A DNA stretch of 64,000 nucleotides from Pseudomonadota bacterium (GCA_025352885.1 JANXRZ010000223.1:33291-97290); one strand, 5' to 3'; shown: positions 18,201 to 27,448, counted from the stretch's first letter. The notes: generated by a model from the sequence alone, not told the origin. Made by a program: numbers and translations.

Positions 18201-18221
18201 AGAATATAGTATACTTTATTA
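18201..18221. promoter_or_regulatory. Divergent nicC / Mo-hydroxylase control element with palindrome AGTATACT (GntR-type GT-N-AC operator candidate)
   Basis: AGTATACT at 18208-18215 is a perfect palindrome inside TATAGTATACTTTA (12/14 symmetric). It overlaps TATAGT/TATACT -10-like hexamers on both strands in a 62-nt divergent gap. Confidence 0.4.
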
Positions 18222-20498
18222 ATGGATTCAGCCAAGCACCTCTACAGCGCGCACGAGATTCGCAGCGACCTGCTCGAAAAGGTCACGGGCTCCGCCGAGT
18301 TCGCAAGTGACGTCGTCGTCCCCGGCATGCTTCACGGCCGCATCCTGCGCAGCCCACTCCCGCATGCGGTCATCAAGAGCATCGACGTCTCCGCCGCGCT
18401 CGCCATGCCCGGCGTGATCGCGGTACTCACCGGCGCCGACCTTGCAGGCATGAACGCGCACTGGGGCCTTTACCTGCGCGACCGCCCCCTCATCGCGATC
18501 GACCGTGTGCGCTATGTGGGCGATCCGGTTGCCGCGGTGGCCGCGGTCGATGAATTCACCGCTGAAGAAGCTCTCGACGCAATCCTCGTCGACTACGAAC
18601 CGCTGCCGCATGTGACCGACGCCGAAGCGGCCATGGCGCCCGATGCGCCGCTGGTCCACGACAAGATGGACAAGATCACCGATTTCTACTTCAAGGGCGG
18701 CACGAACGCGGTCGAGGGCACGAACATCTTCCAGCACTACCAGTACGCGCACGGCGATGTGGACGCCGCCTTCGCGACGGCGCACCGCGTGTTCGAGGAC
18801 CGCTTCAAGTTCCCCATGGTCGTCCACGCGTTCATGGAGCCGCACGTGGTGATCGCCGACTATCGCGCCGATTCGATCACCTTGTGGAGCGGCGCGCAGT
18901 CGCCGACGACGGTTCAGAAAGCGCTCTCGAAGCTGTTCGAGATCGACATCGCGAAGATCCGCGTGATCACGCCGTATGTGGGCGGCGGCTTCGGCGGCAA
19001 GTCTTCGGTGAAGATCGATCCCCTTGTGACGGCTTTGTCCTGGAAAGCTAAGCGTCCTGTTCGCGTCTGCCTGTCGGTATCCGAATCGATGCTGACCTGC
19101 CGGCGCCTGAGCGCGGACATCGAACTCAAAACGGCGGTGGACGCAGAGGGAAAGCTTCTCGGCAAGTCGGTGCGCGTGATCATGAACGGCGGCGCGTATG
19201 CCGACACAGGCCCCGCGGTCGCGGTGAAAGCCGCAACGCGCGCCATCGGCCCCTATCACCTGCCGAACCTCAAGCTGGAGTCGTACGCCGTCTACACGAA
19301 CACTGTCCCCGGCGCGGCGTTCCGTTCGATCGGCGGCCCGCCGGCCGTCTGGGCCACCGAATCCCAGATGGACATCATCGCCGACGCGATGGGCCTCGAT
19401 GCGGTCGAGTTTCGCATGCGCAACCTGCTCCCCAGGGGCGGCTCGGTGCGCCCGGACCTGCGCCCGATCGATGTCGACATGGCCACCATGCTCAAGCGCG
19501 GCCTGGCGGAGATGGACGCAGCCGGCGGCAATTCGAAGACGAGCGGCGTGGCCGTCGCCGCGAGCGACCCCGGCATCCATGCACTCGGCTCGGCGATCGT
19601 GCGCCTCAAGATCGACTGCTCGGTGCTCGTGCTCACAAACACCATCGAACTCGGCCAGGGCGCCCACGGCGTATTGCGCGCGGTTGCCTCGCGGGTCCTC
19701 GGCCAGCCGCTTCCCCGCATCAAGGTGGCCACGCCGGACACCGACCTCGCGCCCTACGACTGGGTGACCGGTGCCAGCCGTTCCACCGTCATCATGGGCC
19801 TCGCGGTCGAGGAAGCCTGCGCCGAGATCTCGCGCGAGGTCCGCGCGCTGGCCGCCGACCTGTACGGCGGCGACGCTGCGGCTTACGTGCTCGCTGACGG
19901 CGGCGTGGCAGGCCCCTCGGGCTTCACAAGCCTGCGCGACCTCATGGTCAAGGCGAACGGCATCGACAGTGGCGAATTCGTGGGGCTGGGCAAGATCACG
20001 CCGCGCTACCGGAACGGAGACTTTGCCCGAGCGCCCCTCTTCTGGGAAACGGCCGTGGGCGTGGGCGAAACGAAGGTCGACGAGGAGACCGGCGAAGTGC
20101 GGCTCACGCGCTACATAAGCGTGGCCGACGTCGGCCGCGTGCTCAACCGGAAGTCGGCCGAGGGCCAGGATGAAGGCGCCGCCATCCAGGCGCTGGGGCA
20201 CTCGCTCTATGAAGAACTCGTGTACGAGGACGGCCAGCCCATCAATGCGAGCATGATCGACTATCACGTGCCCTCGATCGACGAGTCGCCGCGCGAATTC
20301 CACACTGTGCTGATCGAGAACGGCGACGGGCCTGGGCCGAGCGGTGCGCGCGGCATGGGCGAAGGCGCGATCCTGCCGATGGCCCCGGTCGTTTCGAACT
20401 CGCTCGCGCGCCAGTTCGGCGTGCGCGTGCGTGAGCTTCCGCTGACGCCCGAGCGCGTCTGGCGCGCCCTGCGCGACGCAAAGGCCGGGCGCAAATGA
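18222..20498 (+). CDS. Molybdenum hydroxylase large subunit, molybdopterin-binding (xanthine dehydrogenase / aldehyde oxidase family), second paralogue
   Basis: 758 aa. N-terminus EIRSDLLEKVTGSAEFASDVVVPGMLHGRILRSPLPHAVIKSID is typical of the family. No SD precedes the ATG. Confidence 0.9.
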   Translation: MDSAKHLYSAHEIRSDLLEKVTGSAEFASDVVVPGMLHGRILRSPLPHAVIKSIDVSAALAMPGVIAVLTGADLAGMNAHWGLYLRDRPLIAIDRVRYVGDPVAAVAAVDEFTAEEALDAILVDYEPLPHVTDAEAAMAPDAPLVHDKMDKITDFYFKGGTNAVEGTNIFQHYQYAHGDVDAAFATAHRVFEDRFKFPMVVHAFMEPHVVIADYRADSITLWSGAQSPTTVQKALSKLFEIDIAKIRVITPYVGGGFGGKSSVKIDPLVTALSWKAKRPVRVCLSVSESMLTCRRLSADIELKTAVDAEGKLLGKSVRVIMNGGAYADTGPAVAVKAATRAIGPYHLPNLKLESYAVYTNTVPGAAFRSIGGPPAVWATESQMDIIADAMGLDAVEFRMRNLLPRGGSVRPDLRPIDVDMATMLKRGLAEMDAAGGNSKTSGVAVAASDPGIHALGSAIVRLKIDCSVLVLTNTIELGQGAHGVLRAVASRVLGQPLPRIKVATPDTDLAPYDWVTGASRSTVIMGLAVEEACAEISREVRALAADLYGGDAAAYVLADGGVAGPSGFTSLRDLMVKANGIDSGEFVGLGKITPRYRNGDFARAPLFWETAVGVGETKVDEETGEVRLTRYISVADVGRVLNRKSAEGQDEGAAIQALGHSLYEELVYEDGQPINASMIDYHVPSIDESPREFHTVLIENGDGPGPSGARGMGEGAILPMAPVVSNSLARQFGVRVRELPLTPERVWRALRDAKAGRK

Positions 20499-20947
20499 AC
20501 TTCCACATGGACCTCGCCCTGCCCGCGCCGCGCGAGGCGATCTGGCCGATCTTCTTCGATGTGGCGCGCATCGCAAGGCTGATTCCCGGCTGCGAGCAGG
20601 TCGAGGAGATCGAGCCGCTGGCCCTCTACAGCGCAGTCATGAAGCAAAAGATCGGGCCGTTCAAGCTCGAAGTGCCTACCGAGGTGAGGGTCGAGGCCGT
20701 CCTCGCGCCGGAGCGCGTGCGGTCCCGGGCGAAAGGCCGCGACAAGTTCACCGGCACGACGCTCGATGTGCTCCTCGATGTCGTGCTTGCGAAAGCGGAA
20801 AACGACTCGACGCGCCTGACGGTCGACTCGACGCTGCAAGTGGCGGGACGCCTCGCCGCGCTCGGGTACCCCATCGTAAAGAAGAAGACCGAGGAGATCT
20901 TCATCGAATTCGAAAAGCGCCTGCGCGCCGAACTGGGCGTGGCCTGA
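20495..20947 (+). CDS. SRPBCC / CoxG-family subunit
   Basis: 150 aa. MNFHMDLALPAPREAIWPIFFDVARIARLIPGCEQVEEI is the CoxG (PF06240-like) N-terminus. ATGA overlap upstream, TGATG overlap downstream. Confidence 0.8.
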   Translation: MNFHMDLALPAPREAIWPIFFDVARIARLIPGCEQVEEIEPLALYSAVMKQKIGPFKLEVPTEVRVEAVLAPERVRSRAKGRDKFTGTTLDVLLDVVLAKAENDSTRLTVDSTLQVAGRLAALGYPIVKKKTEEIFIEFEKRLRAELGVA

Positions 20948-21819
20948 TGCTGCCGAAACGATTCCGGCTGCACCGGCCCGAGCGCCTCGCGGATGCGCTG
21001 GGCCTGCTTGCCGAGCACGGCGACGATGCCAGTCCCTACGCCGGCGGCACGGAGCTTTTGATCGCCATGAAGGCGCGCGTGCTGAGCTACAAGCACATCG
21101 TCGACCTGAAGGGGATCGCGGCCTTGCGCGGTGTTTCGCAGCGCAAGGATGGCGGCCTGTCGATCGGCGCCCTGTCGACGCACCACGAACTGGCGAACCA
21201 TGCGCTTGTGCGCGCACGCTTGCCGGCCTATGCCGCGTTGAGCGGCAACGTGGCGAACATCCGCGTGCGCTCGAGCGGAACGCTTGGCGGCAACCTGTGC
21301 TTCGCCGAGCCGCACGCCGATCCGCCGGCAATGCTCTGTGCGCTGGGCGCGGAACTTGTCCTCGCGAGCCCCGGTGTCGAGCGGCGCATGGATCTGGCCG
21401 ACTTCATCCTGGGCGAGCTTTCGACCGCTCGCGCCACGGACGAGGTGCTCAAGACGATCGAGGTACCCGGCCTGGCCACCGGAACGCTCGCGGCCTACCG
21501 CGCGTTCGGCCATCTTGAGCGCCCGGCAGTGGGCGTGGCCGCCGTGGCCGTGCCCCTTGCGAAGGGTTATGACTGGCGGCTCTGGGTCGGCTCGGTCTGC
21601 GGCCGTCCGACGGCGATGACCGGCCTTGCAGGCGCGATGCGAGGATTGCCGGCCCGGGATGCGCTCGCCGTTCTCGTTGCCGGAGCCGGAGAAGCCGCCT
21701 CCAAGGTCGAGGCCGACGACGACTTGCGCGGCAGCGCCGAATACAAGCGCCACCTTGTGGGCGTGCTCGCGCGCCGTGCGGCGCAGGCCGCGCTCGGGCT
21801 GGAGGAAGCGGCGGCATGA
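20947..21819 (+). CDS. Molybdenum hydroxylase FAD-binding subunit (CoxM-type)
   Basis: 290 aa. PERLADALGLLAEHGDDASPYAGGTELL. Translationally coupled on both sides. Confidence 0.88.
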   Translation: MLPKRFRLHRPERLADALGLLAEHGDDASPYAGGTELLIAMKARVLSYKHIVDLKGIAALRGVSQRKDGGLSIGALSTHHELANHALVRARLPAYAALSGNVANIRVRSSGTLGGNLCFAEPHADPPAMLCALGAELVLASPGVERRMDLADFILGELSTARATDEVLKTIEVPGLATGTLAAYRAFGHLERPAVGVAAVAVPLAKGYDWRLWVGSVCGRPTAMTGLAGAMRGLPARDALAVLVAGAGEAASKVEADDDLRGSAEYKRHLVGVLARRAAQAALGLEEAAA

Positions 21820-22346
21820 ACGGGACCGGAATGAACGAAACGATCGAAACCATCGAAGTGGCCTTCTCGCTGAACACGAAGCCGGCCAGCGCGTCGTTCG
21901 AGCCGCGCGAGCTGCTGATCGACGTGCTGCGCGAAAAGTTCGGCCTGCGCGGGGCCAAGCGGTCCTGCGACCTCGGTGTGTGCGGGGCCTGCACCGTGCT
22001 GGTCGACGGCCTGCCCTGCTCCAGCTGCTCGACCCTTGCAGCCGACGTGGCCGGCCGGAAGGTCACGACCATCGAAGGCCTCGGCACGCCGCAGGCGCTC
22101 GACCCGATCCAGCAGGCCTTCATCGACCACGGCGCCCTGCAATGCGGTTTCTGCACGCCGGGCATGGTGCTGGCCGTGAAAGCGCTGCTCGCCTCCAACG
22201 AGTCGCCGACCGAAGACGAGGTCCGCCACTACCTGCACGGCAACGTCTGCCGCTGCACCGGTTACGTCAAGATCATCGAAGCCGTAATGGGCCTCGCAAA
22301 AAAACGCGGGGTCGACACTAAAACCATAGAGGGAAATTCCGCATGA
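21816..22346 (+). CDS. Molybdenum hydroxylase [2Fe-2S] subunit (CoxS-type)
   Basis: 176 aa. CDLGVCGACT and CGFCTPG...CRCTGY clusters. Confidence 0.9.
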   Translation: MNGTGMNETIETIEVAFSLNTKPASASFEPRELLIDVLREKFGLRGAKRSCDLGVCGACTVLVDGLPCSSCSTLAADVAGRKVTTIEGLGTPQALDPIQQAFIDHGALQCGFCTPGMVLAVKALLASNESPTEDEVRHYLHGNVCRCTGYVKIIEAVMGLAKKRGVDTKTIEGNSA

Positions 22347-23311
22347 AAACGACCAGCAAACTGTTTGCAGCGCTCCTTTTCGCAGTCGGGTTCGGCAGCG
22401 CCGCGGCGCAGGAGTATCCGACCAAGCCCATCCGCCTCATCGTCCCGTACGCAGCCGGCGGCGCCACCGACATCCTCGCCCGCCAGATTGCCCCCGGCAT
22501 GGCCGAGCAGCTCGGCCAGCAGATCGTGATCGAGAACAAGCCCGGCGCCGGCGGCGGCATCGGGACCGCATTCGTCGCGAAGGCGGCGCCCGACGGCTAC
22601 ACGCTCGTGTTCGGCAATATCGGCCCGAACGCGATCTTCCCTGCGATCTACCCGAACCTGACTTACGACCCGGAGAAGGACTTCGCGCCGATCTGCAATG
22701 TGGTCAACACGCCCCTGATCCTCGTGACCCGTCCGCAGACGCCGGTGAAGAACGTGCGCGAGCTGATCGCCTACGGCAAGGCCAACGCGGGCAAGGTGTT
22801 CTACGGCTCGGTCGGCATCGGCGCCATGTCGCATGTGGCAAGCGAGCTGTTCAACCTCATGGCGGGCACCAAGTTCATCCACGTGCCGTACAAGGGGAGC
22901 GCGCCCGCCAGCATCGGCGCCATCTCCGGGGAAACGACGATGTATTTCGGCACCGGACCGGAGATCACCTCGCACATCAAATCGGGCACGCTGAGGGCGC
23001 TTGCCATCAGCACTTCCACGCGCAACCCGGCCTCGCCCGACCTGCCCACTGTCGCGGAGTCGGGTCTTCCCGGGTTTGCGGTCGATGTCTGGTTCGGCCT
23101 GCTCGCGCCGGCCGGCACGCCCCGCCCGATCGTCGACAAGATCTATCGCGCAGTGGGCGTCGTGGTGAACACGCCCGACGTGCGCAAGCGCTTCATCGAC
23201 AACAATGCCGTCCCGGCCTACAACAGTCCCGACGAATTCGCCGCGATGATCAAGTCCGACATCGTGAAGTGGGGCAAGGTGGTGCGCGATGCCGGCATCA
23301 AGGCCGAATAG
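22343..23311 (+). CDS. Tripartite tricarboxylate transporter substrate-binding protein (Bug/TctC family)
   Basis: 322 aa. Signal peptide, then the Bug signature EYPTKPIRLIVPYAAGGATD. ATGA overlap with the preceding gene. Confidence 0.88.
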   Translation: MKTTSKLFAALLFAVGFGSAAAQEYPTKPIRLIVPYAAGGATDILARQIAPGMAEQLGQQIVIENKPGAGGGIGTAFVAKAAPDGYTLVFGNIGPNAIFPAIYPNLTYDPEKDFAPICNVVNTPLILVTRPQTPVKNVRELIAYGKANAGKVFYGSVGIGAMSHVASELFNLMAGTKFIHVPYKGSAPASIGAISGETTMYFGTGPEITSHIKSGTLRALAISTSTRNPASPDLPTVAESGLPGFAVDVWFGLLAPAGTPRPIVDKIYRAVGVVVNTPDVRKRFIDNNAVPAYNSPDEFAAMIKSDIVKWGKVVRDAGIKAE

Positions 23312-23323
23312 GCGAGCACGCCG

Positions 23324-24715
23324 ATGAACAGGCCCGCCGCTGCCCTTTCCGAGCCTGCCTCCGAGCCGGCCTTCGCGCTTGCCGAAGGCGTCGCGGCGCT
23401 GCGATACGAGCAGCTCCCCAAGGCGACGGTCTCGTCGGCGCAGCGCCTCGTGCTCGATTCGTTGGCCGTGGCGCTCGCAGGCCGCGGCTGCAAGGATGTG
23501 GAGGCGCTCTACGCGCTCGCAACGGAGTGGGGCGGCCATCCGCAGGCCGCCATAATCGGCTCGCGGTCCCGCGTGCCCGCCCCGGTCGCCGCGCTGGTGA
23601 ATGGCACGATGATCCAGGCGCTCGACTTCGACGACACGCATGATCCGACGGCTGCGCATACCGCATCGACAGTGCTCGCCTCCGCGCTTGCGGTGTGCGA
23701 GTTGCGCGGCCGCTCGGGCAAGGACCTCATCGCCGCGACGACCGCGGGCATCGAAATGGCCGCGCGCGTCGGCCTCGCCTGCACCGACACGATCGGCTGG
23801 ACCAGCACGGCGATCTACGGGGCCTTTGGCGCCGCCGCCGCCGCGGCCCATGCGCTGGGGCTCGACGCGGAAAAAACCCGCCACACGTTCGGCATCGTGA
23901 TCAGCCAGACCGCGGGGACGACCCAGACGGCGGTCGATTGGCCGCTTTCAAAGCACATGCAATCGGGCTTTTCTGCGCGGGCGGGCGTCCTGTCGGCCCT
24001 CCTCGCGGAAAAAGGCGTGACGGGCGTCGAGAATGTGTTCGAAGGGAAGTTCGGGTTTTTCCGGCTTTACAAGGCCGACCGGTACACGACCGCACCGCTC
24101 TTCGCGCCGTGGTGGAAAACGTTCCACATCGATGATCTCGCGCTGAAGCCTTATCCCTCGTGCCGGGCCACCCACGCGCCCGTCGATGCGGCGCTTGCGC
24201 TCTCACGGGACGTGGACGCTCGAGAGATCGCCGACATCCGTATCGTCGTGCCGCCGGTCGCGCGGCAACTGGCCGGAAAGAAATTCACCGAAGGCGACAA
24301 CCCCATGATCTCGGCGCAGTTCAGCATCGAGTACACGGTCGCCACCGCCCTGCTCCGCCGCAGCTTGTCGCTTGCGCACTTCAACCTGGAGGCGATCCGC
24401 GATCCCGCGATTCACGCGCTCATGCAACGCATGCGCATCGAGACCGGGGAAGGATCGGACTTCGCGCCGGCGACGATCGAACTCACCACCACGTCCGGGA
24501 GGAAACTGGCGCACACCGCATCGGCGCTCAAGGGCGATCGCGCGTCCCCGTTGTCGGAGGCCGAGCTTGCGGCAAAAATCCGGGACTGCTTAGCCTTCGC
24601 GCCGCATGGTGCCACCAGCCTCGACGCCGGGGGCTTGCAACGCGCGGTCGAAACCTTGCCCGAATCCGATACCAAGTCGCTGATCGCCGCACTTACTCCC
24701 GGGGGGGATCCATGA
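23324..24715 (+). CDS. MmgE/PrpD-family protein (2-methylcitrate dehydratase superfamily)
   Basis: 463 aa. Typical family N-terminus (LRYEQLP...LVLDSLAVALAG, NGTMIQALDFDDTH). Confidence 0.8.
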   Translation: MNRPAAALSEPASEPAFALAEGVAALRYEQLPKATVSSAQRLVLDSLAVALAGRGCKDVEALYALATEWGGHPQAAIIGSRSRVPAPVAALVNGTMIQALDFDDTHDPTAAHTASTVLASALAVCELRGRSGKDLIAATTAGIEMAARVGLACTDTIGWTSTAIYGAFGAAAAAAHALGLDAEKTRHTFGIVISQTAGTTQTAVDWPLSKHMQSGFSARAGVLSALLAEKGVTGVENVFEGKFGFFRLYKADRYTTAPLFAPWWKTFHIDDLALKPYPSCRATHAPVDAALALSRDVDAREIADIRIVVPPVARQLAGKKFTEGDNPMISAQFSIEYTVATALLRRSLSLAHFNLEAIRDPAIHALMQRMRIETGEGSDFAPATIELTTTSGRKLAHTASALKGDRASPLSEAELAAKIRDCLAFAPHGATSLDAGGLQRAVETLPESDTKSLIAALTPGGDP

Positions 24716-25425
24716 ACGCTGCCGTGAACGTCGCGCAAGCCGAGCCCGAAGCGCCGCAGTCGAACCTGCACCGCGTTCCCAAGGTCGATCACGCGCAAAA
24801 CCTGCCGGGCCATGTGCAGCAGATGCTCCTCGAGGCGATCCTCACCCGTGTGCTCGTGCCGGGCGAAAGGCTGCTCATCGACGAGATCGCCGCGCATTTC
24901 GGCATCAGCAAGATTCCGGTGCGGGAAGCCGTCAAGGCGCTGGTCGCGAGCGGGTGGCTGGAATCGCAGCCGCGGCGCGGAACCTACGTCCCGACGCTTT
25001 CCGAACAAGAGCTGCGCGAAGTGTTCGAAATGCGCCGCATGCTCGAGCCCTACGCCGCCCGCAAGGCGGCCGAGCGGCGAACGGATGCGCAGCTCGCGGA
25101 GTTGCGCGTGCTGATCGCGGAGGGCACCGAATCGATCAAGCAGCGCGACATCCTCATGAATTCGCGCATCAACACCCGCTTTCATACCGTTATCGCCGAG
25201 GCCGTGGGAAACCGCATCATCTGCGAGTCGCTCAAGGATCTCCAGTCGCGCATCCGGCGCTACTACGTCGAGATCGACTGGAAGATCCGGCGCGATTCCT
25301 TTGCCGAGCACAAGCGGCTCTTCGAGGCGATCCGCGACCGGGATGGCGACCTCGCGGAGAAACTGACGAACGAGCACCTCGATCACGCCGAGTCTTTTGC
25401 CGAGCGGCCCACGAATGGAGCATGA
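24712..25425 (+). CDS. GntR-family transcriptional regulator with FCD ligand domain
   Basis: The ATG at 24712 overlaps the PrpD stop (ATGA). wHTH IAAHFGISKIPVREAVKAL. FCD-like C-terminal half (MRRMLEPYAARKAA...FHTVIAEAVGN...H..LFEAI). Confidence 0.88.
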   Translation: MNAAVNVAQAEPEAPQSNLHRVPKVDHAQNLPGHVQQMLLEAILTRVLVPGERLLIDEIAAHFGISKIPVREAVKALVASGWLESQPRRGTYVPTLSEQELREVFEMRRMLEPYAARKAAERRTDAQLAELRVLIAEGTESIKQRDILMNSRINTRFHTVIAEAVGNRIICESLKDLQSRIRRYYVEIDWKIRRDSFAEHKRLFEAIRDRDGDLAEKLTNEHLDHAESFAERPTNGA

Positions 25426-25429
25426 AAAA

Positions 25430-26398
25430 ATGAAGTCCTGGCTGAAGGCCGTCCTGCTGGCCGCGCTCTGCGCATCTGCGTTCGGCGCGCGCGCCCAGGA
25501 GTACCCCTCGAAGGTCATCACCATCGTCGCGCCTTACCCGGCCGGGGGCAGCATCGACCTCGTCGCCCGGATCATCGGCAAGCGGCTCAGCGAAAACCTG
25601 GGGCAAGCCGTCATCGTGAAGAACATCCCGGGCGCGGGTGGCACCGTAGGCACGACGGCCGTGGCGAAGTTGCCGGCCGACGGCTATACGCTGCTGCTTG
25701 GGAGCAACGGGCCCAACACGATGGCCCCGAGCCTTTACACAACTCTCGGTTACGACGGGGAAAAGGATTTCGCGCCGATCACGCTGCTTGCCGTGCAGCC
25801 GATGATGTTCTGCGTCGACACCGGATCGCCCCTCAAGTCGGTGCGCGATCTCATTGCGCTCGGGAAGACGAAGGACAAGAAGGCGGTCTATGGGACGGCG
25901 GGCGTCGGGTCGGCCGCGCATCTCACCGGCGAGCTCTTCAACTCGATGTCCGGCGCGGCGCTCGCCCACGTTCCTTACAAGGGCACGGCGCCCCTGACGC
26001 TGGCAATCATCAGCGGGGAAATCCCGGTGGGCATCATCTCGGCCATCGACGCAGTCCCGCAACTCAAGGGCGGCAAGCTGCGCGTGCTGGCCGTTTCGAC
26101 TTCAAAGCGCTCGCCCGCGGCGCCTGAAGCGCCCACCATCGCAGAGGCCGGCGTGCCGGGATTTCACATGGATGTCTGGTACGGCCTCATGGCGCCCGCC
26201 AACACGCCCAAGGCCATCGTCGACCGGCTGAACAAGGAAACCGTCGCCATCCTTGCCGAGCCCGCCATCCGCGCGCGCCTGCTCGAGTTGGGCGCCGAGG
26301 CCAGCCCCAACACGCCGGAGCAATTTACCGCGCTGGTTAAAAGCGATATCGCGAAGTACGCCCCGATCGTCAAGATGTCCGGGGCCAAGGCCGAGTGA
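25430..26398 (+). CDS. Bug/TctC-family substrate-binding protein
   Basis: Start MKSWLKAVLLAALCASAFGARAQEYPSKVITIVAPYPAGGS, i.e. signal peptide plus Bug signature. Confidence 0.88.
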   Translation: MKSWLKAVLLAALCASAFGARAQEYPSKVITIVAPYPAGGSIDLVARIIGKRLSENLGQAVIVKNIPGAGGTVGTTAVAKLPADGYTLLLGSNGPNTMAPSLYTTLGYDGEKDFAPITLLAVQPMMFCVDTGSPLKSVRDLIALGKTKDKKAVYGTAGVGSAAHLTGELFNSMSGAALAHVPYKGTAPLTLAIISGEIPVGIISAIDAVPQLKGGKLRVLAVSTSKRSPAAPEAPTIAEAGVPGFHMDVWYGLMAPANTPKAIVDRLNKETVAILAEPAIRARLLELGAEASPNTPEQFTALVKSDIAKYAPIVKMSGAKAE

Positions 26399-26426
26399 AA
26401 GGCCGCCTGGCGCGCGGCGCCGGCGC

Positions 26427-27368
26427 CTAGGCCAGCAGGCTCTTGTCCACCATCGCGTGGATGCCCTTGAAGCCATCCACCAGCTGCGTCACCCGCAGAT
26501 CGCAGGCGAGGCTGCAGAAGGTATAGGCGTCTTCAGGCGCCCAGCCCTTGAGCTCGCCGAGCCACTTGATCATCTCGCGCAGCGCCTGCTTGGCCGCGTC
26601 GTCGAGGTCCGGGTCGGTGCCCATCGAGATGTAGTGCGTGGGGGTAACAGCGCGAGGAAAGGTCAGCGACTTGCCCTTGTGCAGGATGAGCTCGAAGGTC
26701 CCGCTCATCGCGGTCTCCAGCGCCATCAGGTTCACTTCGCCGTCGCCCTGCACGGCATGCCCGTCACCGGCTGAGAACAGCGCGCCGTCGGCCCAGACCG
26801 GCAGGAACAGCGTCGTGCCCGCAACCAGTTCCTTGCAATCGATATTGCCGCCGAACTCGCGCGGCTCCACTGACGACACCGCGCCATATTCCGGCCGCGG
26901 CGCCACGGCCATGATCCCGAAGAACGGTTTCAACGGAATCGTCGGGCCGAACGGCAGCTTCGCGGTCATCTTCTCGCGGTCGAGCGGGATCTGCAGGATG
27001 CGCAGTATCGGGAAATCTTCCGGCAGCGTGCCGCGCAGCGGCTTGATGCCGTTGTAGGACCAGTCGGTGCGCAGCTCGACTTTTTTGATGCGCACTTCGA
27101 GCGTGTCGCCCCTTTTCGCCCCGCGCACTGCAACGGGCCCCGTGAGGATGTGCGGCCCGAGATAGGGCTTCACCTTGTCGAGGATCGCGCGGTGCTCAGG
27201 CAGGAGGTCCGTGCGATGGCCGACTTCGCCGGGCCCGCCCGACACGCAGTTCAACGTTACGGTCTCGCCCGAGTCGATCGTGAGGTGGGGTTTGAGCTTT
27301 GCGTCGAAGAATCCCCAGTGGACATTTTCGGGCGATGCGGTGAGCGTGTGGTGTGCGGTCATGGACAT
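26427..27368 (-). CDS. Acetamidase/formamidase-family (FmdA/AmdA) amidohydrolase
   Basis: Start MSMTAHHTLTASPENVHWGFFD with GGAG SD upstream. LFSAGDGHAVQGDGEV and TGPVAVRGAKRGDTLEV are family-typical. Confidence 0.8.
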   Translation of the reverse strand: MSMTAHHTLTASPENVHWGFFDAKLKPHLTIDSGETVTLNCVSGGPGEVGHRTDLLPEHRAILDKVKPYLGPHILTGPVAVRGAKRGDTLEVRIKKVELRTDWSYNGIKPLRGTLPEDFPILRILQIPLDREKMTAKLPFGPTIPLKPFFGIMAVAPRPEYGAVSSVEPREFGGNIDCKELVAGTTLFLPVWADGALFSAGDGHAVQGDGEVNLMALETAMSGTFELILHKGKSLTFPRAVTPTHYISMGTDPDLDDAAKQALREMIKWLGELKGWAPEDAYTFCSLACDLRVTQLVDGFKGIHAMVDKSLLA

Positions 27369-27448
27369 TTTTCTCCGACTGAATTCTCTTGCGTGGATGC
27401 TACCATCGCCGCCCGCATGCAGCCTTCGATCCCAACGGACCCCCAAGC

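Noticed and set aside
18228-20576. 782-aa minus-strand ORF exactly antisense to the 758-aa Mo-hydroxylase large subunit
   Set aside because: A typical long antisense open frame of GC-rich DNA. The translation is Arg/Ala/Gly/His-rich with no domain signatures, while the plus frame has clear xanthine-dehydrogenase-family motifs.
22262-23884. 540-aa minus-strand ORF, together with similar long ORFs at 48855-50432 (-), 11696-13111 (+), 14134-15243 (+) and 9365-10393 (+)
   Set aside because: All are antisense to genes with clear family signatures (TctC/PrpD, Mo oxidoreductase, CoxL, SBP, LivH/M) and show GC-shadow amino-acid composition.
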